Positions 47,223 through 56,621 of a stretch of 63,611 nt of DNA are shown piece by piece (position 1 is the stretch's first letter; each line of letters begins with the position of its first letter). The stretch comes from Candidatus Bathyarchaeia archaeon (lineage in GTDB: Archaea; Thermoproteota; Bathyarchaeia; Bathyarchaeales; DTEX01). The notes below the pieces were generated by a model. It ran no database searches. It was not told the origin of the DNA and saw only the letters and a list, made by a program, of their open reading frames with translations. The stretch covers positions 1 to 63,611 of the forward strand of contig JAWAXL010000002.1 in NCBI GenBank assembly GCA_038820405.1, written 5' to 3'. The position numbers and the translations under genes are program-made.

Positions 47223-48572
47223 TTAAGAGTGCTTACTCAAAAACTCCTCCGGCCATATTATTTTGGGACCTCCAACCCACTTCTTCTCTAAACCATATCG
47301 CGATAGTGGTTTTGTGAGGTGTCTTTCGGATCTAGGCGGCGCAATATATATGCCTGGCTTAATATCCCTCTCAACTTTAACGGCCATCTTCGTGAGCTTT
47401 GGTCCATGAAAGCCGCACTTATAGCATTCGAATCCCTTTCCCTTGCCCATGGACTTCATTCTCTTGCCGCAGACTGGGCAGAGCGGGTTATTAAGGATCA
47501 TCTTCTCAGTAAGGCAGAGAATCTCAATCTTCTCAACATTTATTGTCATGGGATTCCCCTTTGAAGGAGGTCGGACACCACCATAAACCCTAATTAAATC
47601 ATCCTCAATTAATTTACTGGCTATTTTCCTAAGGTTTCCTCCCTGCTCATATACTGCGCAATCTACTGCCCCAGTATCATCCTTTATTCGAAATATGACG
47701 TGGCCTCCGGGGATAATTTTTGGAGCGCCATTAACCTTTCCTTGGACAATTACTGGATGATATGACTTAATATCCTTTATTGAGGGGATCATTCTTAGGT
47801 GAGAGTCTGTCCCATGGTTTGTTCTGAAGATGACCCAGCGTTCTATTGGTTCATATACACGAACCATCCTATGCGCCATTTTAACCGCCTCTGGACTTTC
47901 TCCCCTAATGCCATAAAGTACTGGATCAGGTCCCCTAGGCGTTATCAATATTCTGCCAGTTTCGGGATCAACGTTATTGAACGTTAAGTTACCCATTCTC
48001 TTATCCATCTCTATAACAGACAACTCATTAATCCTTCTAAGAGTACCCCAATTCTCCCTCCTCCTATAGGCTATTAGCTCGAAAGTATGGTCTCCCTCGA
48101 GTGTCTCGCCTATAGCGGCCAATCCGCCAATTATGCCACGTCCAGTCTTATAGCCGATGGCTTCGGCACCAAACATTTTAATTAATTTAAGCGCACTCTT
48201 CATACTCACGATTCCCTGAATAGCCTCCTTAGCGAAGTCCCTAATCTCCTGCGGAACCTCACCCCTTAAAAAGACTACTCCTGGATCAGCCCCCTCATAA
48301 TCAAGGTCAGAGTTCTCCTCGATATTTTCGATAACTGCCTCCCTTACATCCTCATAAATGTGATCTTCACATAGGACTCTTATACATAATGCACCGTTTC
48401 CGCGAGTTTTCCAGGGAATGTTTGGATTTAACCTAATTATATTTGGGTAATCGATGAACTGAACACCGATTTTAGTTAGCCTTTCAATTATAAGCGCTGC
48501 AACATAAGTTGTGCATCCCATCCTAGGCGAGTCAGTGTCATCAAAACCTATATGTAGCGCCAAGGCGCTCAT
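47223..48572 (-). CDS. tiaS: tRNA(Ile2) 2-agmatinylcytidine synthetase TiaS
   Basis: N-terminus HIGFDDTDSPRMGCTTYVAALI, a central OB-like region, and a C-terminal zinc ribbon CPVCGKRM...CYKCG. Confidence 0.85.
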   Translation of the reverse strand: MSALALHIGFDDTDSPRMGCTTYVAALIIERLTKIGVQFIDYPNIIRLNPNIPWKTRGNGALCIRVLCEDHIYEDVREAVIENIEENSDLDYEGADPGVVFLRGEVPQEIRDFAKEAIQGIVSMKSALKLIKMFGAEAIGYKTGRGIIGGLAAIGETLEGDHTFELIAYRRRENWGTLRRINELSVIEMDKRMGNLTFNNVDPETGRILITPRGPDPVLYGIRGESPEAVKMAHRMVRVYEPIERWVIFRTNHGTDSHLRMIPSIKDIKSYHPVIVQGKVNGAPKIIPGGHVIFRIKDDTGAVDCAVYEQGGNLRKIASKLIEDDLIRVYGGVRPPSKGNPMTINVEKIEILCLTEKMILNNPLCPVCGKRMKSMGKGKGFECYKCGFHGPKLTKMAVKVERDIKPGIYIAPPRSERHLTKPLSRYGLEKKWVGGPKIIWPEEFLSKHS

Positions 48573-48985
48573 CTAGGAAATGACCCTCTAAGAGACACCT
48601 TTTTAAAGATAACTCTAGAGAATAACGTGAATACTGTGAGGATGGTTGCTATTAACGCCAGCATATACTCTCCAATACCCAACGCTAAACCTATCGCCGC
48701 TGTTACCCATAGGCTAGCCGCAGTTGTTATTCCAACGATTCTCTCCCTCTCAGCGAGTATTGTCCCAGCGCCAATAAAGCCGATCCCCGCAACAATACCA
48801 GCAGCTATTCTAGCAGGATCAAAGCTAAATTTAATCGAAATTAGAGTAAATAGGCATGATCCTAGGCAGACAAGTATATGGGTTCTTAATCCAGCCGGCT
48901 TATGAGACATCTCCCTCTCAAATCCAATAAGCAATCCCATAATCATAGCCAAAATCAAGCGGAAGATTTCCTCTGAGGGAATCAT
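48569..48985 (-). CDS. mgtC: MgtC/SapB-family membrane protein
   Basis: LLIGFEREMSHKPAGLRTHILVCLGSCLF is the MgtC hallmark. Four TM helices. Confidence 0.85.
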   Translation of the reverse strand: MIPSEEIFRLILAMIMGLLIGFEREMSHKPAGLRTHILVCLGSCLFTLISIKFSFDPARIAAGIVAGIGFIGAGTILAERERIVGITTAASLWVTAAIGLALGIGEYMLALIATILTVFTLFSRVIFKKVSLRGSFPR

Positions 48986-49071
48986 ACCTGATCAATAATT
49001 CTTACTGTTAGAAATACTTAGTGGTTTATCCAGTGATAATGTTAATATATCTTTGATCCCATGAAGAATAA

Positions 49072-49137
49072 TTTTGCCGGATGAAGAGAAGGCATTTAGT
49101 TGATGGGTGATAGATCAGAGTTAAACTGACGGCAAAA
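49072..49137 (+). ncRNA. Candidate C/D box sRNA (2'-O-methylation guide)
   Basis: 8-bp terminal stem UUUUGCCG/CGGCAAAA. C box AUGAAGA (49081-87), 12-nt guide, D' UUGA (49100-03), 3-nt loop, C' GUGAUAG (49107-13), 12-nt guide (AUCAGAGUUAAA), D box CUGA (49126-29). This is the canonical symmetric C-12-D'-3-C'-12-D layout, in an intergenic region. Confidence 0.6.
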
Positions 49138-49161
49138 CAAATTTTGTCTACTTTTATTGGT

Positions 49162-49407
49162 CTATTCTCTCTTCATTTCCTCAATAACTATCATCGTTAA
49201 TGTTGATCTAACCTTATTTATCCTACGAATCTTCCATGTAACTATATCTTTAAGCTTCTCCATCGTGTCAGCCTTAACCTTAGCAATTATATCATAAACC
49301 CCGTAAACGCTGTAAGCCTCCTCGATACCCTCAACCCTTTTAAGCTCATTTAAAACTTCTCCCTCTGAACCAATCTCCGAATTTATTAAAACAAACGCCA
49401 CTGGCAT
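49162..49407 (-). CDS. Stand-alone Lrp/AsnC ligand-binding (RAM) domain protein
   Basis: AFVLINSEIGSEGEVLNELKRVEGIEEAYSVYGVYDIIAKVKADTMEKLKDIV. 81 aa with no HTH. Confidence 0.8.
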   Translation of the reverse strand: MPVAFVLINSEIGSEGEVLNELKRVEGIEEAYSVYGVYDIIAKVKADTMEKLKDIVTWKIRRINKVRSTLTMIVIEEMKRE

Positions 49408-49470
49408 TTACTCTCCCTCAACATACATTTTAAATTTATAATATTAAAATCTTTCTTACATTTCAGATAA

Positions 49471-51027
49471 ATGGGGGTGCCCATGATCACATTAGATGAG
49501 GAGGTCATAACAACTAAGGAGATGCGCGCCTTAGATATAAATGCTGAATACTTCGGAATATCTAGGCTCCAGCTCATGGAAAATGCCGGAAGAAGCATTG
49601 CTGAAGAAGTGGCATCACGCTTCAAACAAACTAACACTAAGATTGCGGTCTTCTGTGGTCTTGGTGGGAATGGAGGGGATGGTTTTGTTGCAGCTAGACA
49701 CTTAATCTGCATGGGATTCGATGTTGAGATTATACTTGCTGGTAGAGCATCCGACATAAGCAATGAGGAGGCGAGAAGGAACTGGGAGGCCTTAAATAGC
49801 CTTCGTAGCTCGGTTAAAAAAACTGAGATCTACGATTCATTAGTTATCCCAGATGTTAAAGCAGACGTCATAATAGATGCACTTCTAGGGATAGGTCTGA
49901 AGAGACCGCCGCGCCCGCCAATATCCCATCTTATAAATAAGATCAATGAGATGAATTCTTATCGGATAGCAGTTGATGTTCCAAGCGGGATAAACTCAGA
50001 TACAGGTGAGGCTCTTGGGGAAGCCGTCAAAGCTCACTTAACAATAACTTTTCATAAGGCTAAGCCAGGGTTATTGAGGGCCAAGGAATATGTGGGCGAG
50101 CTGGTTGTCAAGTCAATCGGGATTCCAGAGGAGATAGAAAACTTTGCCGGACCCGGAGACGTCCTGGCGGTTATGGGGCCTAGACCCTTGGAATCCCATA
50201 AAGGAGACTTTGGTAGGCTCCTTGTAATTGGTGGCAGCGAAACCTTCAGTGGAGCGCCAACTTTAACAGCACTGGCGGCATTGAGAACCGGCGTAGACCT
50301 AGTTTATATAGCCGCCCCACGAGAGACCGCATATGCTATCTCATCAATCTCACCAGATCTCATAACGATTAAGCTTGAGGGCGATCACCTAAGTATGAGG
50401 AATCTATCGATGATAAGAGGTCACATGGATAGGGTTACAGCCATAGTTATAGGACCTGGTCTGGGTCTTCATAAGGAGACGCAGGAGGCTGTTAGAAATA
50501 TAATAGGGGAAGCTGAGGGCAGAGGTATTCCAATCCTATTGGATGCGGATGGACTTAAGGCATTTGCAGCCTTTAAGTATAGTCTTAAAACGCCAGCTGT
50601 TCTGACTCCCCACTCTGGCGAGTATGCTATTTTGACTGGGGAGAGGCTTCCAGATCCAGATAAACTTATGGAGAAAGCAGAACATATAAGGAGACATGCC
50701 AGACATCTTAACGCCACCATCCTCTTAAAATCGCATGTAGATATAATCTCAGATGGTAAGAAAATAAAATTCAATTTTACCGGGAACCCTGGCATGACTG
50801 TTGGTGGCACGGGTGATGTTCTTTCCGGAATAGTTGGGGCTCTCTTAGCTCAAGGTATCAGTCCTTTTGAGGCGGCGGTTGCAGGGGCTTTCATCAATGG
50901 CGCTGCTGGAGATTTCGTTGAGGCTGAGAGAGGATATCACATGGTTGCGTCAGATCTAATTGAATGGATCCCTAAGGTAATGAATGATCCTATGAGCCAC
51001 ATTAAGCTGAGATGCAGAGTATATTAG
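49471..51027 (+). CDS. nnr: Bifunctional NAD(P)H-hydrate repair enzyme (epimerase + ADP-dependent dehydratase)
   Basis: YjeF_N segment CGLGGNGGDGFVAARHL. C-terminal kinase-like segment GGSETFSGAPTL...GGTGDVLSG. Confidence 0.9.
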   Translation: MGVPMITLDEEVITTKEMRALDINAEYFGISRLQLMENAGRSIAEEVASRFKQTNTKIAVFCGLGGNGGDGFVAARHLICMGFDVEIILAGRASDISNEEARRNWEALNSLRSSVKKTEIYDSLVIPDVKADVIIDALLGIGLKRPPRPPISHLINKINEMNSYRIAVDVPSGINSDTGEALGEAVKAHLTITFHKAKPGLLRAKEYVGELVVKSIGIPEEIENFAGPGDVLAVMGPRPLESHKGDFGRLLVIGGSETFSGAPTLTALAALRTGVDLVYIAAPRETAYAISSISPDLITIKLEGDHLSMRNLSMIRGHMDRVTAIVIGPGLGLHKETQEAVRNIIGEAEGRGIPILLDADGLKAFAAFKYSLKTPAVLTPHSGEYAILTGERLPDPDKLMEKAEHIRRHARHLNATILLKSHVDIISDGKKIKFNFTGNPGMTVGGTGDVLSGIVGALLAQGISPFEAAVAGAFINGAAGDFVEAERGYHMVASDLIEWIPKVMNDPMSHIKLRCRVY

Positions 51028-51042
51028 TTCCAGAGTGAGGGC

Positions 51043-51864
51043 GTGATGGAAATTAATCTTTTGCTCCCAATATCACTTTTTATGATGACCGCTCTCCCAG
51101 TTCTGATATATAAAGGGGTTGCAGAGAAGTCTAAGAAAATCTTTGAGAATAAAAAGATTAGTGTGCTCGAAGCAATATTTATTGTTGCTTTCATAGGACT
51201 TCTTGTAATAATAATCAACTTTATCCCAAGCTATGCCATTCAAATATTATTTATTACAGCTCTATCCTACAATCTCTTCATCTTCACACATCTATTTTCG
51301 AGAAGAGTAGTGGTGTCAATTGTTCCACCCATAATATTTACAGCGTCTTTCCTAATTCTAAATTTCTTACTAATGGAGAATATTCTAGCGGTTATTCTGA
51401 TAACAGATATTTTTTCAGTAACATTTGCGATTATCGCGGTCACCCTTATAAGCCCATTATTCTCATGGAGGGTAATGATTATCTTCGCATCCTTATTAGC
51501 CATAATGGACTTTATTCACGTTTTTATTACAGGTAGCATGGTTGAGGCTGCTGGCAAAGTGGTGAGCCTTAGTTTACCCCTTATACTTCTACTTCCCAGC
51601 ATCTCCTCTTTAAAGAAGTTGACGATACTTGGTTTAGGTGATATATTTCTATCAGGGCTTCTTTCAACTCACGTAGCATCCAGATATAATTCTAAAGCAG
51701 GCCTTCTTACAGCATTTTCGATAAGCATCGTCTTTCTTATATATGATGTAATAGCATCAAACTTTATACTTCATCTTAGAGCTTTCCCAGCAACTATATT
51801 AGTCCTGTCAGGTTTCCTTATGGGAATGAGCCCATATATCTTCAAAAAGAGGAAGAGAACTTAG
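51043..51864 (+). CDS. Presenilin/signal-peptide-peptidase-like GxGD intramembrane aspartyl protease
   Basis: Polytopic, with LLAIMDFIHVF (first Asp), ILGLGDIFLSGL (GxGD) and FPAT (PAL-like) in the expected order and spacing. Confidence 0.55.
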   Translation: MMEINLLLPISLFMMTALPVLIYKGVAEKSKKIFENKKISVLEAIFIVAFIGLLVIIINFIPSYAIQILFITALSYNLFIFTHLFSRRVVVSIVPPIIFTASFLILNFLLMENILAVILITDIFSVTFAIIAVTLISPLFSWRVMIIFASLLAIMDFIHVFITGSMVEAAGKVVSLSLPLILLLPSISSLKKLTILGLGDIFLSGLLSTHVASRYNSKAGLLTAFSISIVFLIYDVIASNFILHLRAFPATILVLSGFLMGMSPYIFKKRKRT

Positions 51865-53063
51865 ATCCTTTTTTCTTCTATAAAGGCCTTTATTCTTCTT
51901 AAGCCTTCCTTTATTGTTTCCTCGGAGACGGCGTAAGATAATCTTAGGTGCTCACCCTCGCCCTCATTTTTATGCCCAAAATGTATATCTGATAAAGCGG
52001 CTACACCAGCCTCATAGAGCAGCATCTTTCTGAATTCTTCTGAGCTTTTTGCACCTACAATTTTACATGTTTCAGTAACATTTGGCCAAACATAGAAAGC
52101 TCCTCTAGGCTTAATGCATTTAATGCCTTCAATAGAGTTTAAACCATTGATTATGAGGTCCCTTCGCATTTTAAAGCGCTCGATCATCTTTTTCGAGTCA
52201 TCCTGCGGTCCAGTTAGAGCTGTTAAGGCGGCATATTGATTTGGATGTGGGGCGCATGATTCCGTGTTTGTTACCCATCTGGCTAGATATGGTGCAAGTT
52301 TTGGATTAGCCGCAAATCCTATTCTCCAGCCAGTCATAGCATAAGTCTTTGAAACTCCATCAACAATTATTGTTCTTTCCTGCATCCCATCTATCGATGC
52401 TATGCTGAAAAAATCCCCATCGTAAACCATTCTAGAGTAAACTTCATCTGAGTAAATCCATAGATTATCATGCTTCTTAACTATCTCAGCTATTTGCTCA
52501 AGGTTATCCTTGTCTAAAACCCCGCCAGTAGGATTATGGGGCGAATTCAGTATAATAAGTCTCATTCTCTCATTGATTAATTTTTCAAGGTACTCGACAT
52601 CTATGCTAAAGTTTTTGCTCTCAAGTATCGGTAAGGGAACCGGCACTGCACCATAAGCCCTTATAAGGGACTCATATATGGGGAAGCCTGGATTCGGATA
52701 TATAACTTCATGCCCAACTCCCGGATCTGTGAGTGTTAATATTGCATATCCAATGAACGGCTTAGCACCACAAGCCACCACAACCCAGTCTGGCTTAACA
52801 TCTATGTTTCTAGTCTTAGAGAAGTATTGAGCAATAGCTTCTCTAAGTTCCGGTATCCCCTGGGAAGGCGTATACCCGGTCTTGCCAGCCTTTATAGCCT
52901 TAATCGCCCCCTCTTTTATATACTCTGGTGTGTCAAAGTCCGGCTGCCCAATACAGAAGTTCATTATTCTCTTGCCCTTACGAGTAAGTTCTTCAACTTC
53001 TTTAAGAATATCAAAAGCAGTTTCTGTTCCAAGGTGCTTAGTTCTTTCTGAGATTTGCAGCAT
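51861..53063 (-). CDS. Class I pyridoxal-phosphate-dependent aminotransferase (aspartate aminotransferase-like)
   Basis: NSPHNPTGGV, SDEVY, and VSKTYAMTGWRIG (PLP lysine). Confidence 0.88.
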   Translation of the reverse strand: MLQISERTKHLGTETAFDILKEVEELTRKGKRIMNFCIGQPDFDTPEYIKEGAIKAIKAGKTGYTPSQGIPELREAIAQYFSKTRNIDVKPDWVVVACGAKPFIGYAILTLTDPGVGHEVIYPNPGFPIYESLIRAYGAVPVPLPILESKNFSIDVEYLEKLINERMRLIILNSPHNPTGGVLDKDNLEQIAEIVKKHDNLWIYSDEVYSRMVYDGDFFSIASIDGMQERTIIVDGVSKTYAMTGWRIGFAANPKLAPYLARWVTNTESCAPHPNQYAALTALTGPQDDSKKMIERFKMRRDLIINGLNSIEGIKCIKPRGAFYVWPNVTETCKIVGAKSSEEFRKMLLYEAGVAALSDIHFGHKNEGEGEHLRLSYAVSEETIKEGLRRIKAFIEEKRI

Positions 53064-53194
53064 ATTAACCCCCTAAATATTTATGGAAATCCTCCGAAAA
53101 ATCAAGTTAGTATGGATCTTATTCATAAGCCTTTCTCTTTTTTAATCAAATTTATTTAGGCTTACGTCTTTAGACTCTGTTAGAGGGTGCTGCC

Positions 53195-53479
53195 ATGTTG
53201 AGGGCGGAGCATAAGGCTGAAGGGGGTAAACTTATAAAAGTTCAGATGAACGTAGAGAATAATCGAATAAGTTTCATAAAAATTACTGGTGATTTCTTCA
53301 TGCACCCGGAAGAAATGATTGAGGAGCTTGAGAAAATTCTGGTGGGATGTGTAGTGGATGAGAAAGCTGTCGCGGAGACAATAAGGCGATTTATAGAGGA
53401 AAGGGAAGTAACCTTATTGGGGGCATCCCCTGAGGACTTTGCCAAGTGTATAGTTAGGGCTGGTGGTAGTCATGTCTGA
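53195..53479 (+). CDS. lplB: Lipoate-protein ligase C-terminal domain protein (LplB-type)
   Basis: GGKLIKVQMNVENNRISFIKITGDFFMHPEE is the LplA C-terminal accessory domain pattern. It overlaps the start of lplA. Confidence 0.75.
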   Translation: MLRAEHKAEGGKLIKVQMNVENNRISFIKITGDFFMHPEEMIEELEKILVGCVVDEKAVAETIRRFIEEREVTLLGASPEDFAKCIVRAGGSHV

Positions 53480-54242
53480 GGTGTGGAGACTTCTTGACAC
53501 CGGTCTAAGAGATGCATATTATAATATGGCGTTAGATGAGGCAATAGCTATAGCTAGATCTAGGAAACTTGTGCCGAACACAATACGCTTCTTTAGATGG
53601 GAACCATCAGCCGTTTCTATAGGGTATTTTCAGAGCATGGAAGAAGAAGTGGACATAGAGGCGTGTAATAGGCTAGGCATAAATTATGTTAGAAGGAGGA
53701 CTGGTGGAGGAGCCGTCTACCATGACAGGGATGGGGAGCTAACATACAGTATCATCATAGATGAGGAACACCAGCTTATATCAAAAGACCTACAGAGAAC
53801 ATACGAGGTCTTATGCTCCGGGTTAGTTAGGGGACTGAGGATTCTAGGCGTTCCGGCAGAGTTTAGTCCCATAAATGACATAGTTGTCATAGGGAAGAAG
53901 ATTTCTGGAAATGCCCAAACGAGAAGTATGGGTGTCGTACATCAACATGGCACAATACTACGTGATGTAAACCCAAAGCTTATGTTTACTGTATTAAAAG
54001 TTCCAAGCGAAAAAATTAGAGATAAATTGATAAAGTCCGCGGAAGAAAGAGTTACATCAATAAACAAGTATCTTAGGAGAGAAGTAAGTTTCGACCAGCT
54101 GAAAAAGGCTTTAATAGTAGGGTTCGAGGAAGCCTTTAATATCAAGTTAGTCCCTGGGGAAGTTATTGAATTTGAAGAGAAACACGCCATAAAACTCAGA
54201 AATGAGAAATATTCAACAAGGGAATGGAACTTTAAGAGATAA
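53463..54242 (+). CDS. lplA: Lipoate-protein ligase A catalytic domain
   Basis: RRRTGGGAVYHD and GKKISGNAQ (lysine of the lipoyl-AMP site). Confidence 0.88.
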   Translation: MVVMSEVWRLLDTGLRDAYYNMALDEAIAIARSRKLVPNTIRFFRWEPSAVSIGYFQSMEEEVDIEACNRLGINYVRRRTGGGAVYHDRDGELTYSIIIDEEHQLISKDLQRTYEVLCSGLVRGLRILGVPAEFSPINDIVVIGKKISGNAQTRSMGVVHQHGTILRDVNPKLMFTVLKVPSEKIRDKLIKSAEERVTSINKYLRREVSFDQLKKALIVGFEEAFNIKLVPGEVIEFEEKHAIKLRNEKYSTREWNFKR

Positions 54243-54405
54243 TTTACCCCCTAAAATCTAGACGAATCTTAATATCTTTCCTCTTTCTTAGACCATTTTT
54301 CCTTATTTCAACAATACCGTCTCTACCCATAAAAGTTTTAATTTAATTTGAAGGTCTCTAATATTTTAAGTTTTTAGGTAATAATTTAAAGAAGGGGGAT
54401 TCAAT

Positions 54406-55453
54406 ATGATAAAATTTGAAAAATTGTTAAGCAAGCCAAAATATTGAACCCTTTGAAGAATTTTGAAGAAGACATCATAACTTTTGAATATAGACTGGAT
54501 CCCTTAACTGGCCGTAACACTACAGTCATAAGAAGGAATATTTAAATATATAAGTAGATTTCTGGTTTCAGACTGGAATCTTGTTAATATAATTGCCGAG
54601 AGGACAAAATCTACATGTCCCTTTTGTCCCGACAATATTAAGACAAAGACACCCATGTTTCTCAAAGACTTCATTCCGGAGGGACGCATATTTTTAATGA
54701 TACCGTCGTAATTCCAGACTTGTTAGGGCACGCAGAGCAGAGTGTTTTAGTAATTTTAACAAAAGAGCACTACTTAAAACTTAAAGATTTTACGCCTGAA
54801 ATATTCTTTAGAGGTTTTAAAGGCGGAGTGGAATATCTGAAAAGACTGAGCCAAAAGGCTCCTTCAACTCGTTTTCCAGCCTTTATAATTAATTATTTGC
54901 CACCAGCTGGCTCTTCCATTTTTCATCCCCATATGCAAGTGTTGGTTAGAGACAGACCTTTTTACTTGGCGGAACTTCTTTTGGAGAAAAGCAAAGCCTA
55001 TTATGAAATTAATCACGCAAATTACTGGCAAGATTTAATAGAGAAAGAGAAAAGTGATGTAAGATATCTCTTTGAATTAATAGTGTGGAGTGGCTTGTTC
55101 CCTTCGCTCCCTTGCGAGGCTTAAATGAAGTCCAAGCCATAGTTAAAGGGAAATCAAGTCTCCTAGAATTAAGTGATGAAGAGTGGCTTGGTCTTGCAAA
55201 GGGTCTAGTAAGGATACTGCATTTCTATCATAAAGAGGGGTATGCATGTTTTAATGTTATTATTGTTTCAGGGCCATTGAATGAACATTTAGAGTATTTT
55301 AATGTAAACTTGAGAATAATTAGTAGAGTGGGAGTACAATCTTTAAGCTTTACAGATGCATGGGCAGTTCCATATCTTCTTTGGGATGGTGAAGCTATTG
55401 AAGAACCAGAAAAATTCGCAGAGAAGCTAAAAACCTTTTTAAAGAAGAGATAG
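54406..55453 (+). pseudogene. GalT-like (HIT superfamily, HxHxQ) nucleotidyltransferase gene with at least four reading-frame disruptions
   Basis: Fragments in three frames: MIKFEKL.., then ILNPLKNFEEDIITFEYRLDPLTGRNTTVIRRNI*, then KYISRF..STCPFCPDNIK..EGRIF.., then NDTVVIPDLLGHAEQSVLVILTKEHY...SSIFHPHMQVLV.., then VEWLVPFAPLRGLNEVQAIVKG.... Stops at 54445, 54543 and 54709; frame change near 55085. Confidence 0.7.
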
Positions 55454-55484
55454 AATCTTCTAGTTAGTTTGAGGTGCTATGAAC

Positions 55485-56138
55485 CTATTTATTACTGTTT
55501 AAACCCTTAATTATTTCAAGAATTTCTCTGACAATTACATCTGGTGGAATCATAAGGTCTTTGCAGTAGATGTCTCTTAGAATGCCCCTCTCTCTATAAT
55601 ATTTTATCAATGGTTCCGTATTTGTCCTGTAAACTTTTAGGCGCTCTCTTATAACCTCTGGTTTATCATCATCTCTTTGATAGAGTTCTCCGCCACATAC
55701 ATCACATATTTCATCTATCTTTGGCTTCAGAGTAAGTCGATTATATATCGCCCCGCACTGCTTACATATCAATCTATTGGAAAGACGCTGAACTATAATT
55801 TCATCTGGAACAACAAGATTTATAACTAAATCAACTTTGAAATTTTCTTCAAGGAATTTTGCTTGGCTAATAGTTCTTGGAAAACCGTCTAATATAAAGC
55901 CTCTTTTGGCATCGGTTTTTTGAAGCCTCTTAAGTAAAAGATCTATAATTGTTTCATCTGGAACTAATTCCCCCCTCTCAACATACTGCTTAATGATCAG
56001 CCCAATCTCTGTTCGCTCCCTTATTTCTTCACGCACTAGGTCGCCAGTAGATATGTGTGGCACACCAAGTGCACTCATGAGTCTAGAGGCATACGTTCCC
56101 TTACCAGAACCAGGAGGACCAAATATTATTATCCTCAT
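55485..56138 (-). CDS. adk: Adenylate kinase, long (bacterial/eukaryal-type) form with zinc lid
   Basis: P-loop GPPGSGKGT, lid CKQCGAIY...CDVCGGEL, and LYQRDDD. Confidence 0.9.
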   Translation of the reverse strand: MRIIIFGPPGSGKGTYASRLMSALGVPHISTGDLVREEIRERTEIGLIIKQYVERGELVPDETIIDLLLKRLQKTDAKRGFILDGFPRTISQAKFLEENFKVDLVINLVVPDEIIVQRLSNRLICKQCGAIYNRLTLKPKIDEICDVCGGELYQRDDDKPEVIRERLKVYRTNTEPLIKYYRERGILRDIYCKDLMIPPDVIVREILEIIKGLNSNK

Positions 56139-56281
56139 ATGGTCACCGTCTCTAAAGGATTATTGAATTATATTAAGTTTAAGTTATTTATATCATTATT
56201 CTGTTAATTTGGATATGTTATATCAGAAAGCTTATCATAAATGCATAAATATCTGACTTAAATATTTTAGTTGGGATAAAG

Positions 56282-56545
56282 ATGGCTAGGATATCTCAGA
56301 GGGACTCCCAAAAAATATTCAAGGCCGCAGTAGTCCTTTTACGTAATACGACGTGGAAGTGTGGTAGGATCGAGCGACTTATAATTGAATACCTCCAAAA
56401 TCGACTCAGAAAATATGGAATAGCACATTCCTCTGTGAACGAAATAGTTCAGCATCTTAACTTTAACAGGAAGCAGAAGAATGAGCTGTTCAATGCGCTC
56501 AAGAGACTAGAAAAAAGGCATATAATAGAAATCAAAGGAATATAA
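56282..56545 (+). CDS. Small hypothetical protein, winged-helix-like
   Basis: IIEYLQNRLRKYGIAHSSVNEIVQHLN...LFNALKRLEKRHIIEIKG resembles a wHTH. No family assigned. Confidence 0.4.
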   Translation: MARISQRDSQKIFKAAVVLLRNTTWKCGRIERLIIEYLQNRLRKYGIAHSSVNEIVQHLNFNRKQKNELFNALKRLEKRHIIEIKGI

Positions 56546-56621
56546 TTTTCTTCTTCCCAATTTTTAATTTCTTAACTAGCATCTATAATATGTTGGTAGA
56601 AGAAAAGCGTGTGGTGCCGTT

